Positions 1 to 8,716 of a DNA stretch of 64,000 nt are shown piece by piece. The position numbers and the translations under genes are program-made. Source of the stretch: an uncultured Candidatus Micrarchaeota archaeon (GTDB lineage Archaea; Micrarchaeota; Micrarchaeia; Anstonellales; Bilamarchaeaceae); contig CAWDBH010000005.1 of NCBI GenBank assembly GCA_963800555.1, positions 12,313-76,312 of the forward strand, in the 5' to 3' direction. Each line of letters begins with the position of its first letter. Within the stretch, counting starts at the first letter, position 1. The notes beneath the pieces were generated by a model. It was not told the origin of the DNA and searched no databases. It worked only from the letters and a program-made list of their open reading frames with translations.

Positions 1-14
1 TTCCGCGGGATTTC

Positions 15-2543
15 GTGAACGCCCTTTTGGATAAAGGATGGGTAGGTAAGGAAGTGCTCCTATCGCTCAGGCCGCACCATACCCAATCGGACATCGCCGA
101 AGCTTTCCTGGAAATGAACGACAGGGCAGATGACGCTTTCGCCAGGCACGGGATCACCGCCAGGCATGAGTTCGTGAAGATACTGCTCATCGCATCTTAC
201 GGCGCATTCGAAGGGGATCTCAGGGTCATCGATCCCGAGTTCGGCATCGAGAATCTCAGCCACTATCTGCTGAGGGAAACGGATTTCGCGGATTCGAGGG
301 TGTACAATCCGAACCTCGGAGGGCTTGAGAGGCTGGAGAAAATATTATCCAGCGAAAGATTCGACCTGGTCGGCGTGTGCCCGATAGTCGTTGAGAACGA
401 CGTGGAGATAATGGCATTGGTCAGCCGCCTCAATCCGGACGCGTTGAAGGTGGCTGGAGGGCCGCTGTTCTTCGCCAGCCCCCCGGAAGATTTCCTCCGC
501 TCATTCCCGATAGACGTGGTCGTCAGAGGCCCGGGCGAGGAGGCATTGGCGCGCATCGCGCAAACGCTGTTCAGGAAAGAACCGATCTCGGATTTGAAAG
601 GGCTCTGGTCATATGAGAACGGGAGGATCACGCACACGGGCGATTTGAAACTCCTGGCTGAAGCGGCATTGGAGAACCATCCGGAGGATGTGCCCGTCAG
701 GATAGAGGATGTCTACCATGGCGTCACATATCTCAAGGCGCGCAAAAAGAAATCCACGGTCCAGGGAGACCATATCGGCTCGAAACCCATCCCTATCCAG
801 ATCACCGACCATTGCCGGGGGAGATGCTTATTCTGCGAAACCCCCAGGAACACCATGCGGATGGGGAAGGAGGGCAGGATCGCGGCTGCGCGAGCCGCCG
901 TGGAGAGGATAAAGAAGGAATTGAAGGAGGACACATCGGAAGGCCATGAGCCGCATGATGCGGTCCAGATACTGGATAACAACTTCACGACCCATCGGAA
1001 GGTGGTGGAGGAATTCTGCCATGAGGTGATAAGGCAGGGGATCCAAGGCATCAAGAAATCCTGCAAGGGGAGGGTAGACGAGTTCTGCGTCAGCCGGGAG
1101 TCTCCGGTGCCAGACAGGGAATTCATAGGCCTGATGGCGCGCGCAGGGTTCAAACGGATATACTTCGGCAACGAGAGTTTCGTGCAGGGCGCGCTGGACA
1201 GCATGGACAAGGGGATAACCGTGGAGCAGAACGAGAACGTCCTGCAGGCGGTCATCGATGCAGGCATCATCCCGGGCATGAACCTGATACTCTTCGGAGG
1301 GCTACATGACCGCCCCGCGGATGCGCTCCATACTGTGAGGAGGGCGCTCCATTTCATCGAGAAGGGAGCAACGGCGAATGTGGTGGGACGCATGTATGCT
1401 TCAGAGAGGGCGCTGCGCAAGCATCCGGAAAGGATCGGTTTCGAAACTCTTGATAGACCGGGCATGAGGGCGCCGTATAAGATGCTGAGTATGGTGTACA
1501 CGAACGCGGAGCTGGAAGCTTTCGCGGACAAGGCGGCAGCCGAATGCGAGAGCATCCTGAAATTCATCGGATACAGATATCCGTTCGAGACATTCTCCAC
1601 TCATGTGAAGGCCCTCGCCTTGTTCTGGGCGGTCGCGCACGTCTCTGGTGAGGACGAGCTCGCTGAGAAGGCCGAATGGCTGATTGACGACCACATGTGC
1701 GCGCAATCTAGGAACGTCCACCCTTATCCGAAGATCCCTTCGGTCCTGCAGAGGAAGATGCGCTATGCTTTCATAGACGGCATCTACGGTGAAGCGATAC
1801 AAGCGTATAACGAGCATCTGGAAGAGCTGGTCGGCGCGAACCCCGGGAGATTCGCTGTTTCCGGGGTCGAACCCGGGGACCTGAAGATGGATCCGTTGAA
1901 GCCGGTCATCGACATCGGTTCCCTTGCGAACGATTTATCCGTTGTGATAGGGAAGATGGAGCGGGATCTGGGAAGGCCGCTGAGGATACGCATGGCTGGA
2001 TATCCCGCGACCGGGAAAACCATGCTGCGCAACCAGCTGATAGCCCGCGGCATGGATCTCAAGCTGGTCCATCTGGACAGATACCGGCAGGTGCAAGGCA
2101 GCCAGATGATGCTTGGGATCGCCCAGGTCGAAACGAGCTATGATATGCCTGGGATCGAGAGGGGCCTTGAAGAGACTTCCGGAGAACGGTTATTGTACGA
2201 AGGGACCTGGGTACTGGCACCCGAATTCAATTTCGGAAAGAGATGGGACCTGTCGCTGGCATTCGATTTCCCCAGGCAGGTCTGGACGCCTTCGTTATGG
2301 TTCAGGCAGATATTATTCAGAGGAAAGGAGATTGACGCATTGCTCCCATCGAAAGAGCAATTGGAGGTTTACGATGCCGCATATGCCAGGCATATCGTAG
2401 ACCGGCTGTCGGACGCGGACCTGGTGATAGGCCCCGGAGGTGAGTTCAGATCCAATGGACACGTATCCTATCTGCTCGAAGAAGCGGGGATAAGACGTTT
2501 CAAGACTTCCTTTTTCATGGACCAGTTAAGGCACTTCAGATGA
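15..2543 (+). CDS. B12-binding-type radical SAM enzyme fused to a C-terminal P-loop uridine-kinase/PRK-like domain (frame open to window edge, possibly 5' partial)
   Basis: 842-aa ORF. It has the rSAM cluster motif CRGRCLFC (CxxxCxxC) after a Rossmann-like segment FDLVGVCPIVVEND..VVVRGPGEE, as in cobalamin-domain rSAM enzymes. The C-terminus has Walker A MAGYPATGKT, then LVHLDRY, LLYEGTWVL and DLSLAFD in the order seen in uridine kinase/phosphoribulokinase folds. There is no in-frame stop between position 3 and the GTG at 15. Confidence 0.7.
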   Translation: MNALLDKGWVGKEVLLSLRPHHTQSDIAEAFLEMNDRADDAFARHGITARHEFVKILLIASYGAFEGDLRVIDPEFGIENLSHYLLRETDFADSRVYNPNLGGLERLEKILSSERFDLVGVCPIVVENDVEIMALVSRLNPDALKVAGGPLFFASPPEDFLRSFPIDVVVRGPGEEALARIAQTLFRKEPISDLKGLWSYENGRITHTGDLKLLAEAALENHPEDVPVRIEDVYHGVTYLKARKKKSTVQGDHIGSKPIPIQITDHCRGRCLFCETPRNTMRMGKEGRIAAARAAVERIKKELKEDTSEGHEPHDAVQILDNNFTTHRKVVEEFCHEVIRQGIQGIKKSCKGRVDEFCVSRESPVPDREFIGLMARAGFKRIYFGNESFVQGALDSMDKGITVEQNENVLQAVIDAGIIPGMNLILFGGLHDRPADALHTVRRALHFIEKGATANVVGRMYASERALRKHPERIGFETLDRPGMRAPYKMLSMVYTNAELEAFADKAAAECESILKFIGYRYPFETFSTHVKALALFWAVAHVSGEDELAEKAEWLIDDHMCAQSRNVHPYPKIPSVLQRKMRYAFIDGIYGEAIQAYNEHLEELVGANPGRFAVSGVEPGDLKMDPLKPVIDIGSLANDLSVVIGKMERDLGRPLRIRMAGYPATGKTMLRNQLIARGMDLKLVHLDRYRQVQGSQMMLGIAQVETSYDMPGIERGLEETSGERLLYEGTWVLAPEFNFGKRWDLSLAFDFPRQVWTPSLWFRQILFRGKEIDALLPSKEQLEVYDAAYARHIVDRLSDADLVIGPGGEFRSNGHVSYLLEEAGIRRFKTSFFMDQLRHFR

Positions 2544-3890
2544 ATTCCGGGAACGATAAGTGGAATTCGACTTCTGGGTATGTTCTCTTGATGTCGAGCA
2601 TCCAGTCCAGGTCCAGGATCTGCCTCTCGGAAGAGCAGGCATGGCATTTCATCGTTTGCTGTTGGATGCGCCGTATATTATCCGGGGTCCAGACGGATTC
2701 GAAGCTGCGGGGCCCCAGTTCTGAAGTGTACCAGAAGTCCGGGTTCTCAGTGACGTCCGGATAGAAGCGGCAGGCCGTCATTTTCGCGGCGTCCTCGCTT
2801 CCATACATCGGATGGATGCTCGGCTGGAGCAACGCGATCAGGCATGTCTCCCGCGCTTTCCTTTTTCTTGGATCGAAATAGTATTTCGCATCATCGACTC
2901 TCTGGTTTATCTTCAGGGGCGACCGCACATATGTCCCTGATCCCGAGAAGGCGTTTTGCAGCGAGGCGAGCTCCTCTTCGGTACTTCGGCACGCGCCTGG
3001 TGAGAACCGGATGCCGTGGGATTTGAGGTTCGGGAGGATCGGATTGAAATGGACATAATCCACTCCCGTATCAACGAGCCTTGAGACGAATTCCATATAG
3101 TGCCCGCCATTCTCCGGATGGACGAGGGAGGTCACACCGAGCAGCATGTCTTTCGAGCGCCCGAGATCCTTCCGTTTGGAGGCGATAGACTGGATAGTCT
3201 TCAATATCCGCTCGAGCGTGATGCCTTTCGGAGGGGATTCCAGATTCCTGAACGCCTCTTCGTGGATCCCATGGATGCTGAACGTCAGGATGGAGGAGTT
3301 CCTGGCCACGCAATCGACGAATCCCTGATCTGCCCTGCTGCCGTTGGTGGTCAGGAAAGTCAAGATGCCTTTCCCCCCTGAGAATTCCATGATGCGGTCG
3401 AACTCCGGGTGGAAGATGGCCTCTCCGGATGCCCCGGAGGATATATTCTGCGCGAGCGGCCCGCCGAAACTGAGGAGATAATCCAGGGTCTGCAGATAGG
3501 TGCCGGCAGAGAGATCCGTGATTCCTTTGTTTCGTGGTCTTTCCGGCTGAAACAGAGGGTGCATGCGAAATTGCAACGATTGGTGAGGGTGGTGAATATC
3601 TGCAATGGCATGATCCGCTCGCCTTTCAGGAACCGCTCGACTGCGGAAGCGTAATCCAGAGGGGATAGCGGATAGAAGTCGTTCGGGTGGGCGTCCCTCC
3701 GTGCGCGGATATTGCCATCCACCGCCGCGATGATGCCGGAGAAAGGCCTGAAATAATATCCTACCGAGCTCAATCCCTGGATTTTCTTTTCCTCCGGAGA
3801 AAGCTCGGCGGCTTTGACCAGCCGGTCAGGCTCTGCCATGCGGAATATCTCTTTCCGCGCATTCATCACGATGTTTTTCTGCGCAAGCAT
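2536..3890 (-). pseudogene. radical SAM protein interrupted by a single frame disruption near 3540-3550 (track ORFs 3360..3890 plus 2536..3576)
   Basis: The upstream ORF carries CNFACTLC (CxxxCxxC) and then becomes low-complexity text. The overlapping ORF resumes with rSAM-core-like NKGITDLSAGTY..SGASGEAIFHPEF..TFLTTNGS..TFSIHG. The ATG at 3890 lies 4 nt after the stop of the upstream rSAM gene. Confidence 0.55.
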
Positions 3891-3894
3891 ATCC

Positions 3895-5022
3895 TCACCT
3901 GATGATCCCGAGATCCACGAAGCAATCCTTCAGGATGCAGACCGCATTGCACCGGCTGAGCGTCTTCAACGGGCCGATATTCTCGAGCGTCTCCCAGAGA
4001 TTGTCCGGAGTCACATCGGAGAGCGGTGTCCTCGACCCTTCGAATGCCGAAGAAGCGAGATACGGGCAGAAATAGACCCGCTCATCCGGACCGATCACCA
4101 CCCCGTAATCCCTCGCGGCGGTGCACTCGCTGATCGCCGGAAGCCGATTGTACCAGTTGTTCCTCAGCTTGACTACGAAATCAGGGCGAAACTCCTTGAA
4201 GGAGATGTCACCGGCCAGCAGTGTTTCCAATGCCTGGGCCAGATCAGAACTGTTCCCATCGTCCAACTTCGGGACCCCGGGATGAAGGTAAAACGGGAAT
4301 TGGAGACGCAGGAGAGAGACGCCGCGGAGCGAATTCAGGTATTCGATAGTCCATATCAGATCATGGGGGATGTGGCCCGCATCCAATGACAGATCGGAGA
4401 TTATCCAGTCCACATTGATCTGCATGGAGGACCCTTTCCTGGATTTCATTTCAGCCGCTTCCTCGAGTTTCCCCATGAGCAATCCGAGGTTCCCGGTTTC
4501 CCGGCAACCATGCACCCGGCGATATACTTCACCCAGGCGGGGATCGGCCCCGAGGGGAGAATCGATGCTGAGATTCAGCCAGTCGTTCGGGGTATTATCC
4601 GAGGTCAGGAGATCGATGTCCTCGCTCTTGAGCAGGATGCCGCTCGTGGACAGCCCTGCGGCGATCCCCCGCTCTTTCGCCTTATGGATCAATGAACGCG
4701 TCACTTCCGGATTCAATGTCGGCTCCCCGGTCATGCCGGAGATGATCACCCTCCACATCCCGATGGTGGGGTCTGCCCGGTCGTCATAGGCGGAAAAGAC
4801 CCGATCGACCAGGCCGGCAGACATCTCTGGAGGCTCGCTCCCCCAGCTTTTCCGAAACGGCAGCCCCTGGCAGTGCGGGCATGCGAAATTACACTTGGAA
4901 GACGGATGGAATTCGAGCGTGATCGAGCGCCTGAACTTATTGTCGCTGTACGACCAAGGCTGGGTCTTTCCTAGGATGGTGATGTCTTCCCCCACGGCTT
5001 TGAATGAGCGTTGTATAGTCAT
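3895..5022 (-). CDS. radical SAM protein
   Basis: Cluster motif CNFACPHC and SAM-binding-like ISGMTGEPTLNPE, with C-terminal extra cysteines (FCPY..CNAVCILKDC). I prefer the ATG at 5022 (MTIQRSF) because TATA-like boxes lie 25-65 nt upstream. The track start at 5109 remains possible. Confidence 0.7.
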   Translation of the reverse strand: MTIQRSFKAVGEDITILGKTQPWSYSDNKFRRSITLEFHPSSKCNFACPHCQGLPFRKSWGSEPPEMSAGLVDRVFSAYDDRADPTIGMWRVIISGMTGEPTLNPEVTRSLIHKAKERGIAAGLSTSGILLKSEDIDLLTSDNTPNDWLNLSIDSPLGADPRLGEVYRRVHGCRETGNLGLLMGKLEEAAEMKSRKGSSMQINVDWIISDLSLDAGHIPHDLIWTIEYLNSLRGVSLLRLQFPFYLHPGVPKLDDGNSSDLAQALETLLAGDISFKEFRPDFVVKLRNNWYNRLPAISECTAARDYGVVIGPDERVYFCPYLASSAFEGSRTPLSDVTPDNLWETLENIGPLKTLSRCNAVCILKDCFVDLGIIR

Positions 5023-5116
5023 GAAGATGCGACCCTGACGGCATATCCTATGTGATGGACTCTTTAAAAAGACACAAGCTAACACTTTATATGACCGGTT
5101 AGGCCGCATGCGTGGA

Positions 5117-5863
5117 TTATTTCATCGGCCTGGAAGCAGACCACAGATGCTCGAAATATTTCGTGAATGAATCGCGGACGAACTTATCCGCTATCACGGT
5201 TGCGACAGGCGGATCGCTATAGACCATGATGGCTACTTTATCCGAGTATATCAGTATCTCGGTTATCATGTCCGCGGCTGAAGGAAGGAGACGGAGCTCC
5301 GTGTATCTCGGACTGGCGAGAGGTATGGACATCCGGAAATCGCTGTTCAGCAGCAGCTTTTCCTTGACCCTGGTCTTCTTGACCTGCATGATGAAACTTT
5401 CCCAGAACTCGGCGCCGAGTATCTCCACGGATGCGTTCGAGACGCCCATGCCGAGGTAAGAGCCGGAACCCAACACCTCCCGCAAAAGACCCTTGAACGC
5501 TTTCCTGCCGCTGTATATCATGGCCGACTGCTTCTGCTTCGATTTCGCGAGCTCGGCGGATATCTCCGGCATGATGGAACGCGCGATGCTTCTCCTCCCC
5601 TCAAGCTCGACGGATTCGCGCTCGAGCATGCTGTTTATGGATTCTGGCGGGGCGACCGCGAACTTGCGCTTCCCGCCTTCGTTGATGTATGTGACAAGAC
5701 CCCGCTCTGAGAGTTTGTCCAGGTTATCGTATATTATATTGCGGTGGAAGCCAGTTATCTTCACCAGCTCGCTGGCTATGGAAGGGCCGTTCTTAAGGAG
5801 CGCCAGGAGGACCTTGGCCTCGTTCCTGTTGAGGCCGATCCGTTCCAGGTCGGATGAGTGCAT
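5117..5863 (-). CDS. TrmB-family HTH transcriptional regulator
   Basis: N-terminal LERIGLNRNEAKVLLALLKNGPSIASELVKITGFHRNIIYDNLDKLSERGLV is a typical TrmB winged helix. The gene is 248 aa and is divergent from the ThyA-like gene. Confidence 0.8.
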   Translation of the reverse strand: MHSSDLERIGLNRNEAKVLLALLKNGPSIASELVKITGFHRNIIYDNLDKLSERGLVTYINEGGKRKFAVAPPESINSMLERESVELEGRRSIARSIMPEISAELAKSKQKQSAMIYSGRKAFKGLLREVLGSGSYLGMGVSNASVEILGAEFWESFIMQVKKTRVKEKLLLNSDFRMSIPLASPRYTELRLLPSAADMITEILIYSDKVAIMVYSDPPVATVIADKFVRDSFTKYFEHLWSASRPMK

Positions 5864-5906
5864 GCATATATCGTGTAAGGAAGGTAATTAAATTGCTGTC
5901 ATAGGT

Positions 5907-5916
5907 TGTTGCAACA
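5907..5916. promoter_or_regulatory. 10-bp perfect palindrome TGTTGCAACA between two divergent TATA-like boxes (candidate operator)
   Basis: It lies between TTTAATTAC (minus-strand sense, about 25 nt upstream of the 5863 start) and GATAAATAC (about 28 nt upstream of the 5953 start). Both genes therefore look leaderless. Confidence 0.3.
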
Positions 5917-5952
5917 GAGAGATAAATACCTAGTGATAGAAGCTAACTTGTC

Positions 5953-6840
5953 ATGGAGATAGTGACGAGTTCCCTGGAGATAGCGTTCTATTCATTGCTC
6001 GAAGGATTCGCATCCGGAGATGCGCATGAGGTTTCCCCACGGGGACAGAAGAGCAAGGACCTCGCGAATTGCCAGTTCATCATGGAGAACCCGCGTGATA
6101 GGCTCATATCCAACCATATAAGGAATGTGGACCTGGCTGCGATAATCGGCGAGACGCTCTGGTATCTTAGGGGGAGCGACTCTTTGGATGAAATCACGTA
6201 TTATCTGCCGCGGATGAGAGAGTATAGCGATGACGGAGCCACGATAAACAGTGCATATGGCAAACGGCTCGTGCGCATGAAAAGAATCACGGAACAGCTG
6301 CGACTGGACCCGGACACGAAACGGGCATGCTACCCAGTCCTCTCTGCCAGCGATTTGGAATCGCTTCCGGATACGAAAGATTTCCCGTGCACTCTTGGAG
6401 TGCAGTTCCTCAACCGCGGCAGCGGGCTTGATATGATAGGATATATGCGATCATGCGATGTTTTCTGGGGCCTCCAGCACGACGTTTTCTTCTTCACGTT
6501 CCTGCAGGAGATGATAGCGCTGGAGACAGGTGTGCAACTTGGAAGCTATCGGCACGTGGCGGGAGTATTCAACCTCTATGAGAGGCATTACGAGAAGGCC
6601 GGGATGATACGGCAGAGCCCCAAGGAGATCAGCACTCCGATGGCTCCGCTTGAGCGCTTGGATGAACTCGAGGAGCTGAAGCGGCAAGAACCCCTCATCC
6701 GCAGCGGGAGCGATGGTCGCGAGCTCAAGGATGAGCTGCTCGAGGATTTCCGGCTCGTGCTGCTCCACAAGCGGACAAAGGATGACGGCTATCTCAGGGC
6801 AGTATCCACAAAAGCCATCAAGAGGGTCGTGGGCCGATGA
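5953..6840 (+). CDS. thymidylate synthase (ThyA) / pyrimidine-C5 hydroxymethylase family protein with Asp at the Asn177-equivalent position
   Basis: FPCTLGVQF (catalytic Cys146 context PC..QF) and RSCDVFWGLQHD align residue-for-residue with E. coli ThyA R166-S-C-D-V-F-L-G-L-P-F-N177. LWYLRG and SAYG motifs are present. There is a roughly 70-aa acidic C-terminal extension. Confidence 0.8.
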   Translation: MEIVTSSLEIAFYSLLEGFASGDAHEVSPRGQKSKDLANCQFIMENPRDRLISNHIRNVDLAAIIGETLWYLRGSDSLDEITYYLPRMREYSDDGATINSAYGKRLVRMKRITEQLRLDPDTKRACYPVLSASDLESLPDTKDFPCTLGVQFLNRGSGLDMIGYMRSCDVFWGLQHDVFFFTFLQEMIALETGVQLGSYRHVAGVFNLYERHYEKAGMIRQSPKEISTPMAPLERLDELEELKRQEPLIRSGSDGRELKDELLEDFRLVLLHKRTKDDGYLRAVSTKAIKRVVGR

Positions 6841-7547
6841 TCAGGGGCAGGGAATTCGCCAAGCGATGGCGGGAGCATGTGCAGGGCGATGGCAGCATGA
6901 TAAGGATGAAACTCCTCAATCCGAAGCTGGATAGCCTCATCGGGGACATCGAAGGCAGTAGAGCGTTGGATATCGGGTGCGGTGAGGGATTTTCGACCAA
7001 GCTCTTGGTCAACAGAGGAGCAGATGTTATCGGGGCGGATGTCAATCAATATTCGGTCGGATTCGCTGCTGGAGATATCAAGGGAGCGACTTTTCTGGTC
7101 GCGAACATAAATGAGCTGCCTTTTTTGCCTTCCAGTTTCGATCTGATATTGTGCTGCAATGTGCTGATGAACTCTTCGGAAGATGAGATGAGGGGAGGGA
7201 TTGTGGAATGGTGGAGAGTGCTCGCCCCTCACGGACGGGTCATCGCCACGATAATACACCCGCTATATTCGCTATTCGGCAACGGGTTCGCCGGAAAGGA
7301 GACCGGGCAGGTCAGACGTTATGGACTCAACGAAGAGATACGTGTGGACACCGTGGCAGGGTTCGGGGATTTCGCCGAATACCGGAGACCACTAGGCTGG
7401 TACGCCAAGGCGTTCACCGATGGCGGTTTCTGCATAAAATCTTTCGATGAGGTTATCCTCTCGAGATTCGAAGGCATCTGCGAGAAGCACGAGAAACGGG
7501 TAGGGCTGCCGATATTCGCGGTATTCGAGTTGGGCAAGATAGGTTAG
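6837..7547 (+). CDS. class I SAM-dependent methyltransferase
   Basis: Motif I ALDIGCGEGFST followed by VIGADVN. The ATG overlaps the ThyA-like stop (ATGA), which indicates translational coupling. Confidence 0.8.
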   Translation: MIRGREFAKRWREHVQGDGSMIRMKLLNPKLDSLIGDIEGSRALDIGCGEGFSTKLLVNRGADVIGADVNQYSVGFAAGDIKGATFLVANINELPFLPSSFDLILCCNVLMNSSEDEMRGGIVEWWRVLAPHGRVIATIIHPLYSLFGNGFAGKETGQVRRYGLNEEIRVDTVAGFGDFAEYRRPLGWYAKAFTDGGFCIKSFDEVILSRFEGICEKHEKRVGLPIFAVFELGKIG

Positions 7548-7782
7548 AGAAAATCACGATTCGGGCATCGCGCATTATGTCTGGGGCAACGCGAAATTCT
7601 TCTCCACCGTGATATATACGTGCAAGCGTTTCGACGATAAGAAAGCGGTCAGCATGGTGAAGGGATTCTTCAAGGCCAAAAGAGTCGCCTACCGCTCATT
7701 TTGATTTACCAGGGCGCGCAACACTCTGTAGTGGCTACCCAAAATAGGAAATATTAAAAACTGTTCCCCACTACAAAACAGC

Positions 7783-8697
7783 ATGGTGTTCATAAGAGAG
7801 AGGAAAAAAGGCGTCACGACGTATTACGAGGCAGTAGAAACGGTACGTGAGAATGGAAAGGTCAGCCAAAGAACCCTCCAGTACCTTGGAACCAGGAAAA
7901 AGATGCTGGATTACTGCAAACGGCATGGGATGAAACCTCCAAACGAATCCGAATTATTGGATAAGCATACCGCGACTATCCTCGAGAAGAAGCTGGCCCG
8001 CTTGAACAAGATGCGGCCCCTTTCCCAGAACACGCTGGAAAGCCTGAGGAAAAAGTTCGAAGTCGAGATGACGTACAACTCCAATGCCATAGAAGGGAAC
8101 CGGCTGTCCCTCAAGGAAACCTTCCTGGTGCTCGAGAAAGGGATGACGATCGGCGGGAAATCGGTGAAAGAGCATCTTGAAGCGGTGAATCACAAAGAAG
8201 CAATCCTGTTTCTTGAAAGATTAGCGGACAGGAAGAATGAGATAAAGGAAGCGGACATACTCCAGCTCCATTCTATCATCCTGAGCAAGATAGACCCGCA
8301 GAATGCAGGATTCTATCGGCAGGAACAAGTCTACATAACCCAGTCTACGCACCGCCCACCATCATTCAAAGAAGTGCCGACATTGATGAAAAAGGTTCTG
8401 GATGAGCTGAATTCCAAGGGAGATGGAAGGAAAGCCGTAGAATCCGCCACAAGATTGCATCATCTTCTCGTTTGGATACACCCGTTTGTCGACGGGAATG
8501 GAAGGGTTGCTAGGCTCCTCACTAATTTGCGCCTGATGCGTGCGACGTTCCCGCCGATAGTTCTGCAAAAGAAAATCAGGATGACTTATTATCGCGCCCT
8601 TGAAACCGGAGACGGCGGGGATCTGAAGCCTCTGGCGGGACTTATCGCGCGGGATGTGGGGCGGGCATTGGATCTCTATCTCGAAGCCGCAGGTTAG
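7783..8697 (+). CDS. Fic/DOC family protein (AMPylase-type active site) with internal inhibitory-helix motif
   Basis: Active-site motif HPFVDGNGRVARLL (HxFxDGNGRxxR). An upstream SNAIEG matches the (S/T)xxxE(G/N) inhibitory motif. Confidence 0.9.
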   Translation: MVFIRERKKGVTTYYEAVETVRENGKVSQRTLQYLGTRKKMLDYCKRHGMKPPNESELLDKHTATILEKKLARLNKMRPLSQNTLESLRKKFEVEMTYNSNAIEGNRLSLKETFLVLEKGMTIGGKSVKEHLEAVNHKEAILFLERLADRKNEIKEADILQLHSIILSKIDPQNAGFYRQEQVYITQSTHRPPSFKEVPTLMKKVLDELNSKGDGRKAVESATRLHHLLVWIHPFVDGNGRVARLLTNLRLMRATFPPIVLQKKIRMTYYRALETGDGGDLKPLAGLIARDVGRALDLYLEAAG

Positions 8698-8716
8698 CTT
8701 AATCGCCCATTCTGAT

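Noticed and set aside
3520-3560. Programmed ribosomal frameshift in the rSAM gene.
   Set aside because: I could see no X-XXY-YYZ slippery heptamer and no obvious downstream pseudoknot or hairpin. An indel is more likely.
7549-7704. A 51-codon open frame with protein-like text (ENHDSGIAHYVWGNAKFFSTVIYTCKRFDD..) downstream of the methyltransferase.
   Set aside because: It is not in the methyltransferase frame and has no start codon before its last 16 codons. It may be a gene remnant, but this is unsupported.
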